Source: Rotaria socialis (taxonomy: Eukaryota). Taken from it: DNA of 58,926 nt. Positions within the stretch are counted from its first letter, which is position 1. The number at the start of each line of letters is the position of its first letter. Location: contig CAJNYD010000480.1 of assembly GCA_905331295.1 (NCBI GenBank), forward strand, positions 1 through 58,926, given 5' to 3'. Below, piece by piece: positions 1-13,100 of the stretch. A program made the position numbers and the translations under genes. The notes under the pieces were generated by a model. It saw nothing but the letters and a program-made list of their open reading frames with translations, was not told the origin of the DNA and ran no database searches.

Positions 1-699
1 TTATTTTATAGCTTTCACGAGAATTGTTAAAAATTCATAACTGTGAAAGTTATCGAGGTCGGGTGGATTTCAAATTAAAGCTAGCCTCCATACGCAACGC
101 TTCATCGGACGGAATTTTGAAATTCGCTTCTATTTATTTTTATCAGCACTTTATTCCGTATGACACCCAAATTAGGTATAAAAAAACGCACTAAATCAGA
201 CTTTTCTCAGTCCAGGAATCAAATATCGAAAATCTGGTCGACGAAAAGTTAGCTCTGATTCAGACCTTTAAAATACAAAAAAAATATCGGGGAAAGCTAA
301 AGCCAAACGAAAGTTATAAAACATTTTCTGCTTGAGGCCCATGTTTTCAGACCAACATTTAGGAATTTTTAGAAAGGTGTGTGGGAGTAAGGGGGATGAA
401 AGAGTATTTGTTCAATAACTCTGTCAAAATTTAACCTTTTTTCAAAAATTTATATATATTCTGAAAGAGGAGATCATGGAAAATTTTCCTATGATAAAAA
501 TTCGATTTCGGTTTTTTCGAAAAATCATCTTTCCTGAGGGGGGCCTTAAATAGTTCACTGATTCTTCAATATATAACTGATCATTCAGTCAATCAATAGA
601 TTTTATAATGTTTTGTGAAACACGATCTGAAAGGAGTGTTGAAGTATATAGGGTAGAAATTTGGACCCATCCCCCCCCCCCCCCCAGACCGGGATAGAG

Positions 700-810
700 A
701 AATNGATGGTTTGTTAATTCTCTGTCCCGGTCTGTGATGGTTTGTGAATTCTCTGTCCCTGTCTGTGATGGTTTGTGAATTCTCTGTCCCAGTCTGTGAT
801 GGTTTGTATA
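700..810. repeat. ~30-bp tandem repeat (tctgtgatggtttgtgaattctctgtccc), 3-4 copies, next to a poly-C run
   Basis: Directly visible repeats. Confidence 0.8.
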
Positions 811-3256
811 GGCTTCATATATCATAATACAGGCTGTAATAGAGCAGCTCCACCGACCATCACTGACAGTGATAGACAGATTCCAGAAAATCAGCTTCAT
901 CGTGTTTCACACTTTTAATCCCACAGGGATTGCGCTAAAAGCTTTTTTTCCTGATCATACCATTTTTTTTACCGATAATCAACGTAAATCTATATCATGT
1001 TTTATCGGTCACTGTCTCTGAACATAACTGCGCTAGTTCATTATGATTCACATGTTAGCTATCAATGAATCCTAATTCAATAGCTGAGTTTTAATAGGAT
1101 AAATTTACTTTGAAATATTCGAAACTCACTTATTCATGATATGTATTCATAGTGAATTAAAAATTATTAAGAGGATTCTTAACGAACACTTTTACGTAAC
1201 TTTGTAGTATCAAAATGATTCGAATATTATATCCAGAGGAATTTTAATTGGTTTTCTGTAACTAGGAGTGATCCTTTACTTTTACTATCATTTCAAATAA
1301 AACATAAAGATAATTGAATAGCTTACACTGAAAAAAAATTAAATGAATAAAACGCTCTTCGTCATAAACAATTATTTGGTTTTAAGTGTCTCGGGCCATA
1401 GAACTTATATTTAGGAAGATTTTTTATAAGTGGACAAATACAATGTGAATAAAAACGAAGTAGTATGGAACGAAATAAATTTATATGTTTTACAGATATC
1501 TAGCAGATGTCAACTACAAAAATGACAAATGGATCGATACTAATAGCATATTTGTTAGGATAGGAGATAAATCGTATTGTTATCTTTTCTTTTTCTTTGC
1601 TTCGTTTTTCTGTTATTTTATGACTCATAGTTATTAACTTATTTGTTTTTTTTTTCGTTTTGGTAACCAGAATAATAGAAAAGGAAAAGTTGAAGGAGAA
1701 CGTGGGAACGAGAAATCTAATTGTATTCTGAATCAGCATAATAATTAGAGTTGAGTTATGACAGTTTTCGAATATCGTTGAGGTATTTTTGGCTTGATTG
1801 AACAAGTTCACTTTTAGTCGTCCTCAAACTGCGCGACCATAAAAAGAATTCAACAGCCAATTCGTTTTCATCGTTTAAGCATAAAATGATTTTATATACA
1901 AGAAAGTATTCGCGCAGATGAAATTACACTTTATTCGATTTGTCATATCATTAATCGTGCCGATAACATATACAGCATACGTTTTTCTAACAATCATCAG
2001 AGAGAACGAAATAGCATGAACAACAAGGACAAAATGTGAAGCGAGAGAAAATTACATATTTAGGAGAAAACGCATATTAAGGACGAAATAATACGCCGTA
2101 AGGTCAACTTTGAGCTTTAGAATACATTCTCAAGTTAGTGATCTACTATTATTTAAAACTTGTATAGCTTGTTCGTTACTTTCAAAATCACTTTCTGATA
2201 AAATTGGTCTTATGATTCAGTAATCCTGAGAATGGATTTAAGTGAATTTTTTCAATGAAAATAAAAATGTCTCAGAGAGATGTAAGACTCTCATAGCCCA
2301 ACTCTATTTGTTATGCTGATTCAGAATATGCTATTAGTTTTGGTCCATATGTCGTTTTTGTAGTTGATATCTACTAAATAACTGGAAAAAGTACAAATTT
2401 ATTCCGTTTCATATTACTTCGTTATTATTAATAATAAATTTGTTCAATTAAAAATAGTCATTCTGTGTATAATTTTTATGGTCTCATACACAATACTAAA
2501 ATATTGTATATGAAAAGAACGTTTTCTTTCTTTATTTTCATTTATTTTCAGCATAAATTATGCATTTATCTTTATAGTGTAACGATAAATGATTCATAAA
2601 TCGTTATTTCATACAACAATACTAAAGCATTATCGTTAGACGAGAACGATGAAGATTTTTTGTCATGCATCATTTGATATCGCACGATAATTTTATTTGA
2701 TAAATGCGTATGTAATGTATCGTTTATATAATATTTTGCTTTCTCATTTAGCTAACAGGTGCATCACCGCATTTATCAGTTGATTATTTGGTTCATAATT
2801 TATTCAGGTCATAATTTTCTCTCGCTTATACACGCCAACGAACTTTAAAGTAATATCAGCAGTCGAAGTTAGCAGAGTAACCTTCTTTATCATTATTATT
2901 ATTATTATTGACTAACTAACTGCAGTTACTATTAAGTGTGCCAAAAACGTTGTAAACTCGTATGTTCTAAATCTTACTGAGTCTAAGCAGTCAAAAATTT
3001 CGATTATTTTTCGCAATACAATGGGTAAAAAATCTCAAAGTAAAAAGTAAGAAATCCAGTGTCTTTTCCTTTGCCTATCGTACAGCTAGATGAAAAACTT
3101 CGCTTCGTGTTCAATAAATAATGAAGATTAAAGCATTCAAGTTAGGACGGAGAAAGCGCATTTATTAAAATGGAGGTGTCTGTATTGTGAGTTAAATTTA
3201 CCAGATATTTTTGCATCGATAGAAAATCCTTACCACCAAACTAACAATGTTAAGAT

Positions 3257-3494
3257 TAGGGGTGTGACAGTTCTCAGATCTAAGTTCAGATCAAATGAGC
3301 GAAAGAACTGTTTGGGCAGATCAGATCAGATCTAAGAACTGTTAGGATCTACATTGGGATGATGTCGATCTCGATATAGGTGTCTCTTATGGGATCTGAT
3401 CTGATCTGATCTACTTGAACAGTTCAGATCAGATCTAAAGATCTGTTCAGATAGTTCTAATGATCTGAACTAAAACTGAATTGTGATACCCCTA
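3257..3494. mobile_element. hAT-type MITE
   Basis: Imperfect TIR TAGGGGTGTGACAGTTC...GAATTGTGATACCCCTA; perfect 8-bp TSD GTTAAGAT (3249-3256 and 3495-3502); internal AGATC repeats. Confidence 0.85.
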
Positions 3495-6397
3495 GTTAAG
3501 ATATGAGCGGCTTTTGGCGTACTCTTATGGAGATATTCAATTTTTAAGATATTCATGGGTTGGATATAAATATAAATTATGATTATTTATATTAATATTT
3601 TCATGCAATTAACCGAGTACTTTACAAATAGACTATTAGAATATTTGTGAAGTTTATTAATAGAATTAAGTTCATCCTCAAGTTCAATATCTTTTGGAAC
3701 TTAAAGGTGTGGGTATGGGTGTGACAAAAGACATGTCTAACACTCACACCTGGATTGTTACAGATATCAGTATTTTAAACATTTTAACTCGATCTTTCAA
3801 AGATTCTTCATAGATTTATTGAGCACATGGTACCTTTCCCGGTTTCAATGAATAGTATTCACTGATAATCTGATATGCTATTTGTAACAATCAAAGTTAA
3901 GCGTAACTATTATTTTGTCTTTGCTCTATGTTTTGTATTTTATTTTGATGTTCTTGACTTTTGTCTTCAACTTTCATCCTCTTGGATGGTTCATTATTTA
4001 AATGTGTGCTTTTTGTAAAATTGGTGCGTTTCATGATATGCAGAAATGAAGTAAAGCATAGTTCCATCAATGCACGTATTTTTTCTATCGGGAATCGTCA
4101 CACTATTATTAGTGTAATATAAGGTAACGCGACGTTAGCGTCACCAACCCTCTACTGAAAGGATTTAGTCATGTAGAACGTAGCTATCCAAAACTATCTA
4201 GCTGAGAGACTTCATATTTGATAACTTTGAAGTGATTTTCATGGAAAAAGCGGCGGATAACCGAGAATAAATAAAAATCTTGCTTGGAATTATCACCAAG
4301 AAAACAGCATTTAAGTACTACTTACTAATATTTTATGCCGATAGCGAAGTTGAGTACACTTGATCTGCTGCAGTTCAAGCAATGCTCCAAAATTTTCGAT
4401 CAGCTTGATAACGGAGTGAAGAAAAAGACTCATTCAAATGAGCTCCAATCGAAATACTCCATTTTAGTAAAGTTACAACTTCAACTCGTCTGTAAAGTAG
4501 ATACTTAACATGAATCTGCACCAGTAAATCATAGATCAAAGCAAACTGGCTTTGTCTAACTGGATTTCGGTTAGATTCGTCCTTAGTTTTGCTCAAATCC
4601 ATCTGGGTTCATGTTGTTTCGGTGTGTTTTCCGTCTCAAATGAATATATTCATTCCCATGTGCACGTTCACCGATACAAAAATCTAACATTTACATATTT
4701 TCAGTCAAATCTAGTCTCAATCAGGAAAAAGTAAACATATTAAGATAATGACCACAAAGATAAACTTCAAAGATTTCACACGAGTTGAGCAATTATTTCA
4801 CGAACTTCCGTTGGACGAACTTGAAGATTTCTACTACTTTTGTAAATGATTTCAACTATTCAGATCGAGACATAGTGTAGCTATTTTATAAGTCTACAAG
4901 GCCTGCAGTCTTATGATCAGAACAAATCTTTAACTGAGCGGGTATTCGCGTGTCGGCGCCCCTCCGAAGCACCACTCGCGGCTAGCCGTTGCCAAAGTGA
5001 GAATCAATTCCATAGAAACATGCCGATAGCATATTTCTGATAAGATCTCATACAAACATACGATACATCTACCACTATGAACGTCATCGAATAGTACCCT
5101 TAAAAGATTTCCCTACAAAGAATTCATATCACGAAAATGGGACGATCTTAACACCTCCTAGTGCATTACAAACTTGCTTGGATTATAAAAGACCATTAAA
5201 CATTTAATATTCAATGTAGCGAAAGTCGTTATCTTATTTGCAGCAACTTAATTTATTTGTTTAGAATCATAACCGCTATTAATGTTTTTATGCTAATCCT
5301 AAATACTTTCGTAATACTTTTGACTCGTCAGTTGCTAGTCACTTAGTTTTATTTTTTCAAAAATCTCATCTGTTCATTTTTTGCAGTAGAAATCTTGCAA
5401 CTGTCTTTGTTCACTATAACACTGAGCAAATGTTTTTAAAAAAAACTTGACCATGAATAACTCCCCATCAAAAACCTTTAGTCAAAGTTTATAAGAAACA
5501 GTTATTATCTCAAAACAAGATATGTTTATAAAAAAGTGAGGACTAAAAGTTTTTGTAAATCAGACATTGGATTTGAGTTCCCCAACCCCGGACGCCTTTA
5601 GTCTAACTTTAAGCGAAACAATTACTTTCGAAAAACAAATATTGTTTTACTAACAAATTGAGGATCACAAATTTTCAAAATCTGACACCCGGATCGGATT
5701 CTCTGACCTGAAAAACTTACGCGAAACGTTTTAGAGCATTTTATTTGTGCTGTGCGAACTAGCAGATACACGCAAACGAATGCATTTAACTCACTTTTCT
5801 TAAGACCTCCTTTCACTAGAGGGAACAACAATCCGGTGCGGTATTTCGAAAACTCAAATGTGGCTCTTTTTTACAAAAGCGCTGAAGTGTTTCTAGGCAC
5901 ACACATCTATATCGAAATATAAGAAACAAAACTATAAAGAATATACTGCAATAAAATAAAAATCAATTGAATCTTTTGAGCTGTATAAGAAATATTTCCG
6001 TTAACTTTCCGAAGGGACATTTTTAATATCGTGTATATTTAATAAAACGATATGCAACTAATTGACAACACAAGATGTATTGTACTTAGGGATATCCAAA
6101 AGTAGTGGCAACGACATTTTAGTGCCACATATGAAGCTTGATAAAAGTTTATTTTTACATAAGATGATAGAGAAAAGAATGCTCTATTTTTCTATGCTAT
6201 TTGATCATACTTCAACTAATATCATAATAGTAGAATTTCGATAAGATCTATTTTGTTCCAATGTGCCACGGTTACATAAGGCTCATTTTTGAAAAAGGGT
6301 GGATGAGTGTTTTTTGGATAGCTATTGTTAGACACAAAATACAGAATTGCGATTTTCACTGTTGAAAAGAGGAGATGAAGACACATCGAACCGTGTT

Positions 6398-7000
6398 CCC
6401 TAGACTGAAAGGCTAGGGTCTAGAAACCGTAATTCACCTGTGTCTGTCTGTCCGTCTGTCTGTCCGTCTGTCTGTCTGTCTGTCTGTCTGTAACAATGGC
6501 AGAAATGACCATTTCAGTGGCAGAAATGACCATTTCAGTGACAGAAATGACCATTTCTATGGCATCTAGGGCATTGTTACGGCACAAACCATGGGCGGCT
6601 GCATGACATGGTCACGGGAAACAGTCCGCTCTCGATATGTCTTGAGTGGAGGGGTGAGCTGATCCCCCTACGGAACTTTGAGCTTACCATCACGAAATGT
6701 CTAGACTGTGTATTTTTGGGTAAGTAACACAACCTCTCCGCCGATTTATGCGTCTTTGAGTACCATTCTGTCCGTTTTCGTCTTCACTTTTAGTGCTTTT
6801 ACTTGAAACCTTTAATTTTCGTCTAATTCTTACTTCAGTTTCACTTATTCCCACCCCGTTTACAGATCTGTTTAAAAATATCACCACCAGCTACTGGCAC
6901 AAACAACCGATTTTCTGTCCTGTCCATGCATTTCTTCTCCTCAGCACTGTCAGTCTAGGGCCCAGTGAATCGACTTTCGATGTCGATGAACGTTACTTGT
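6398..7000 (+). mobile_element. Helentron-associated (HINE/DINE-1-like) non-autonomous element
   Basis: Sub-TIR CCCTAGACTGA...TCAGTCTAGGG, adjacent partial inverted repeat, (CTGT/CCGT)n microsatellite, 20-bp tandem repeats, and a 3' hairpin ATCGAC-N7-GTCGAT. Confidence 0.65.
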
Positions 7001-7325
7001 ATTATAAAGTTTCCTGGTCCAGTTTTTTATAAGCTTTTCAAGTGACCTTTTTAAGAGAAAACCTGTCAGGAAAGTTGTTTACGGTGAATTTTCAATTTTC
7101 AAATATAGATTCAAAGCACTAATGGAAGATCTATACACTGTGGAAATCATAGATCAATAATGTGTATTTCAGTTGAGTTTCTAATTCTTTTTTCTAATGA
7201 TTTCTGTTAAAAAAGTCTCGTTTTTGTGCCTTTCTTTTTTCTTATTAAAAAGAACATTTTTCTGAGAGTTAGAAAATTGAATAAAAATACTTCAGATATC
7301 AATATTTGAAATGTCGATAATACAT

Positions 7326-9151
7326 CCCATGTAAATATTTTTTGCCTCGAAACGCGTCTGGAACGCGTTTCATTTGCGTGCGAAACGCACACAGAGAACG
7401 CGTCTAAATGCGTCCCCAGTGAAAGAAATGAAGCGTTTAGACGCGGTTGCAGGTAAAATCTCATTTAGACGTGGTTGTTCACAAAATCGAGAATAAACGT
7501 GTTTTAAAATAAAACGCGTCTCAACGCTTGGAATGTTTCACCGGGGACGCGTTTGCAAAGAAAACTGCGTCGAGACGCGTTCCATACAATTTATGAAAAA
7601 TGAAAAAAAATATTTCAGTTCGTCTCAGGTTTGATCTGAGTCACCATCGATATCTTCTATCGCATGGTCTTTACCTAACTGCAGGTCAACGAACTGTTAG
7701 CATATCGACATATCGATGAATCTGAAATGATAGAAATGAGATTAGAACATGTGAACTAACGTTTAAGAGACATGTATACGTACCATGAAACCATATATGA
7801 CTACAATCGTTGTCTGATGGCATGCAAAGTCTACGAGGGTTATAAACTCATATAAAATTTACAAAATTTAGAAATGATAGAAATATAGAAAAAAAGATAA
7901 TTTTTACAAATTATTAATTATCAATACACATATCTATCAGAAAAAATATTTTCACAAAACTAATTTTTATTCAATATTTTTTTTGATTTCAAACACTTAA
8001 TTTGACAACCTTTTCCATTTAAGAGAGAATGCGCAACAATGTTTTTTTACATAAAATCACCGGCGGTACTATCAGAATTCAATGTTTAATATCAGTTTAC
8101 TTTATTTTATTAAATAGATTTTCGTTTTTTTTCTTAATAAAATTATGAATGTAACTGAAATAAGAACTTTCAATAATCACTGATATCAACTGAAAAACAG
8201 AATTCAGATTTATTCATGAAACGACTTAATATTGATCATTTAATGTTATCAAAATAATAATAAAGAGCTTTGATAGCAAAGTTCACCTAAGAAAAATCTA
8301 ATATTTATTTTCCAAAAATATAATCGTCATATTAGCAATCTTAAATAAGATTCATTAATATGATTCAATCTTTCATCTTCAAACCACCAACACTAAGTAT
8401 GTAAAATAATAATACTATAACGTGTAAAAGTTACAGATACCAAATACTATACAAATAGAATAGAACAGCAACTTAATCAATTTTCTTGTCTCATTACTAT
8501 CGAATGTGAGCAAATCTACGTCTGATACTCTTACTAGGCTCTATCACGAACATACAAGCAGTATAAAATATCAATATATAAAAGCACTTTTATTTAAATG
8601 AATAGAAAGAAAATGTATAGATTTAATCATTTTAACGATACCTATTTCTGGGTTTATGTCCGCTAGGAATATTTTTTGTCTGAATATTTATTATGTATTT
8701 TTTTCTTAAATTTAGATAAAGGTAAAATGATACAATCATCTATTGCCTACAGGGACCCTTAAAAACAAATTTTCTTGACTAATTTAACTTGATCTAGTTC
8801 ACTTATAGTGCACGTCTTATAGAATCTGATGCCGTAAGTCGCATGTCAATGGGACTTTAAACAAACGAGCGTTCAGACGCGTTTCATATTTTTTCGAAAA
8901 CGCGCTCAAACGCGTGTCATATTACATCCCCGTTAGAACGCGTTCAGTCGAATTTTATCAACTGCGTATAAACGCGATTTCAATATCAAACGCGATGAGA
9001 CACGATTAATATTGTTTTCAAATTACTGTTAAACGTGTTGTGTTCAAAATCTGCGTTCAGATGCGTTTCATACTGAATATGCGTGTGAACACGGTATAAA
9101 ATCGTTTCACGCGTTTCAGCGCATCGATTTTGCGTTTCGTGTTTACATGGG
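7326..9151. mobile_element. Non-autonomous element with CCC termini (EnSpm/CACTA-like), nested in 6085-9445
   Basis: TIR CCCATGTAAA...TTTACATGGG, 2-bp TSD AT, and dense ACGCGT subterminal repeats at both ends. Confidence 0.7.
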
Positions 9152-9618
9152 ATATTTCTATTCAACTTCATGTCTTGTTTCCAACAGTGAAAATCGCAGC
9201 TCTCTATCTTATTTGTATCAAAAGTTATTCGAAAAAGGAATCACTGGTATTCGTGTAACCGTCACACAATGGAACAAAATAGATCTTATCGAAATTCTAT
9301 TATTATAATATTAGTTGAAGTATGATCAAATAGCATAGAAAAATAGAGCATTCTTTTCTCTATCATCTTATGTAAAAAGAAACTTTTATCAAGCTTCATG
9401 TGTGGCACTGAAATGTCGTTGCCACCACTTTTGGATACCCCTAAGTATTTCACATTTTTAACCTACATCCTCATACCTGCAGCTATTACCATCAAACAGT
9501 TCTTCAACAAATAAGTTATCCTATTCTGAAAACTTTTCAATTGAATTTAGTCAAAAAATTCTGCTTTCTGTTTTTAGATTTGAAATTAATATATTTCGAA
9601 AATTCAAAGTTAATTGTG

Positions 9619-10185
9619 ATGGTGAGCAAAAGTGATTCTAATTATTTGGATCGAACCATTTCTACATGCCCAGACCGAATCCGATGCTTCCATGAATATT
9701 TATATGAAATGGAAGCTGATGGAAACGAACAGAAGCTGGCCTTAATTCTTAACCAGCAATCATTGACATATGCCGAACTAATCAATTGCACACAACAAAT
9801 TTCGTCAAGCTTACTTACAAGCTATCAAGTCAAGCCTCAGCAAATCATTTGTCTTTGTGTCGATGCGTCATTCGAAATGGTGATCGGCATTTTAGCGATT
9901 GTCACTTGTGGGGCAATATATTGTCCATTAAATTTGAACGAATCTAATGAATATCTTTTATCAGTTGTTGATCGAATTCACTCGAAGTTAGTGCTGATTC
10001 AGAAGACGACGAAAGGTGAAATATTTTCTAAAAACAAGAATATCTCTACATTTGACATTAGCAACCCTGACAGTTATCACTCGTTGGACAGTGATAATTT
10101 TCATTTACTTTCGACTATTCCACTTAATGCAAATGGTACTTGTCAGCTAACGTTCACCAGGGGTTCGACGGGTCCCTCTAAAATC
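9619..10185 (+). CDS. NRPS exon 1: N-terminal part of adenylation domain A1
   Basis: A1 motif SLTYAEL, A2-like CGAIYCPL, deviant P-loop FTRGSTGPSKI; donor gtgagt at 10186. Confidence 0.8.
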
Positions 10186-13100
10186 GTGAGTAAACTGTTA
10201 CTGAAATTCTCTATAAAACTAGATCATAGATTTTCTAATGAGAAACATCTCACACGTATGACTGCTCAGACAAGTAGGAACCATATACAGTGCAAAAATT
10301 CATAATATTCCGTTCTTTGAAGCTAATAAATTCTTAATTAGCGTGTTAAGGTACTTATTTTCCCCATATTAACAAGAAACACATACTAGATGCGTTTATA
10401 TAGAAAAAGGCTTACGTGAGCCAGTTGAGATCTCAATAGGGTACTACTACACAAGGGAAAACATCATTTTTGATAATTAATGAAAAATAACAGAATAAAA
10501 TAACATGTTTCCCACTGGATTCAAACTCACTTCAAGTTATATCCGCTCTCAGCCACTCAGCTATGTTCGATTTGATCGTGTTTCCTCTTTCACTCGTTTT
10601 CATTTCTTTAGCTATTAAGACTATTTATATTTTAACGACCGGAGCTTTTCTATTACAAATCAATTCGCCGCGATATAATAGTAGTGATATGCGTATTTTC
10701 TGTTAAATTAAGTGCTTTAAATATTGAATAGCAGCGAGCAATCAGTATTTATTCAGAGGAAACCTAAAATAGAATGACGTAAAAAGATATGCGTACCTTT
10801 TTGCAGTTTGTCAATTTTCACAAACGTCTGAGGAAAGTGTTTATGTTAAACAGTCCCAGAAAAAATTATCGGAACAAGTTCTACAAGCATACACTCTAAA
10901 AACAAAATTTCCATACCGAATGTAAAAGGGTTCAGCAAAGAGTACGAAACCTGAAAGGGTTTTTCCCTCAGCCATACGGGAAGAATCTTTTTTTTAGATT
11001 GTATAGAAGTCTTTGTAAAGAATTTGCATTGGTCAACAACATATTCAAAGTTGCATAGAATATATTATCTAATCAGGTTTTAAATATGCCACATTTTTCT
11101 GAGTCTTAATTAATGCTATACCTCAGGCAAAATTCTCAATGACCCCAAAATGCTGCTAAGTTCTCTTTAAATCACGATAAATTGAAGTGAAGATCATGAG
11201 TTTAAACTCAACTGTACCTTGATTATATCGACATTTTTCAATCTTGTCCCTCTAAACTTGAACAACAGTATCGCTGCAATATGTTACTCTTGGCACTTAA
11301 ATAAGAACATACAGAACAGAGAAAGAAGAAAAATATTAATTTAGGATTCTCGGATGCAGGTTAAAAATTTGAATCCAAGTCTCCTAGGAAAGCATTCTTT
11401 CCTGTTTTTTTTTTATGAAATAAAAATCTGATATAACAACTAATAAAAGTGGTAAACTCAATTTATAAATCCCTGTGACAGCGCCAATGCATTGCTACAT
11501 TGTATAGAAAGAAGCAAATCTATACGTTTTTCAATTATATATCAATTGGAGATCATGAGCAACAATTCAAAAGTTGAGTTTAAACTGAAAAAATTCGAAT
11601 CCAAAACATATTTCAACTGAAAATCTATCTTTTATGAACTATTTATTAAGATAGTCTTTCCAAACTTATGGATATAAATTTGAGTTTGACTTCAGTTATT
11701 TTCCAAAACAGTATAATGTCATTCATATCACAAAATTGGCATCAAGAGTCGAGTAAAATATTTCTTTTGATTGTAAATTTATATTATTAAATAAAAATTC
11801 TCACTGTAAACTATATAGAGATGACTATGAAATCAGTGATCGAATGTCATTTACAGCGTTGATAATGGCTGCCTTTTTCCAAAGTCGTTCATTGTATCTT
11901 AACGACAATAAAAAGCGATTTAGCCTTTAATCTTTTTATTTGGTCTGATAAGCAATGACTGGGAGTTGTAACTTAAGCTTTACTTCAGAGCTAACGTAAA
12001 AGTAGATTTTTTATTCAGAGAATTATTTTGTTTTTCGGAAGCAAATTTTTCATAGAACAATCGTTTTATTTGAAGTTTTTTCTAAAGTTAGAGTGCCATT
12101 CTAATCACAATTTCAAGCTGATCACTTTCGAAATCTTGAAAAGTCACTGATGTTTTTATAACACCAGTTAGCAACTAAGAAGAGATTTAATTGAATTGCA
12201 AAACCTAGATTTAGGCATGTAGCAATTGGCACTCATTATTTTTCAGTTGATTTTCGTAAATTAACACTATGGTTCTGTTTTTTTATAATAATCTGTCATA
12301 CAGTTTTTTTTTTGAAAACAATTTTACCAGCAATAATTCGATAGAAACTAGAATTATCCTGTCAGAGTTCTAATCATAATTCGAGGATCAAATCAGTCGA
12401 TCTTTCATAGAATAATGAGTTTTTATATCACAAGTAACGCTCATTGTACGGATTCCCCGATCCTTGTTTGAAAGAATGTTTTTTCATCAATACAAAGAGC
12501 AGAAAAATCCAGTTGATTGCCAATAAGATATTTGATTTAGTCGATTCGCGACTCTTATAGATAGTGGCTATTAGGATGTTTTTGCGGGATGCCAGCTTTT
12601 TCTAATTCTATTAAATGCTTCCCCATATTTTGTTGTTACTGATAAGCTAAAGTGCTATGTGAAAAAAAAACATTTTAGGTATTTACAGTTTTCAGCCGTA
12701 TTATAACAGATATTTGTGCTAACGCGTACCGTGTAAATCCAAAGTGCCATTTGAGCTGGATTTGCCTTACTATTACTTGCTTTCGGAAAAAGAAATGTAT
12801 AAATCTTTACTGTAAGGGTTATTGGAGTTTCTGATCATTTCACATATTAGTATATATATATCACTTTTGTTTTCAATTGAAAAAAATGACACTTGCTGAA
12901 ATTAAAGGTGAATAAATGAAAGAAGAACTAGATGCATCTGTAATATTGGTAAAATAGTTTCCATTTTTTTTTGGAAAATAGCAGCGAATAAGCATATACA
13001 GAGAAAAATAGATAGCGATAGAGAGTGAAAAAATATTAATACACGAAAATGAATTTTTCCGTCCATTTTATTTGTTATTTCTCGATTGTTTAGCAGTAAA

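Larger units (their letters stand above)
6085..9445. mobile_element. Non-autonomous DNA transposon with long (~200-290 bp) TIRs and nested insertions
   Basis: 6085-~6276 is a near-identical inverted copy of ~9255-9445, with weaker similarity extending inward; TA on both sides; no transposase ORF. Confidence 0.8.

Noticed and set aside
1..549. Kolobok-like element end (GGGGGGCC followed by TTAA)
   Set aside because: Only one end is in the window, so TIR and TSD cannot be verified.
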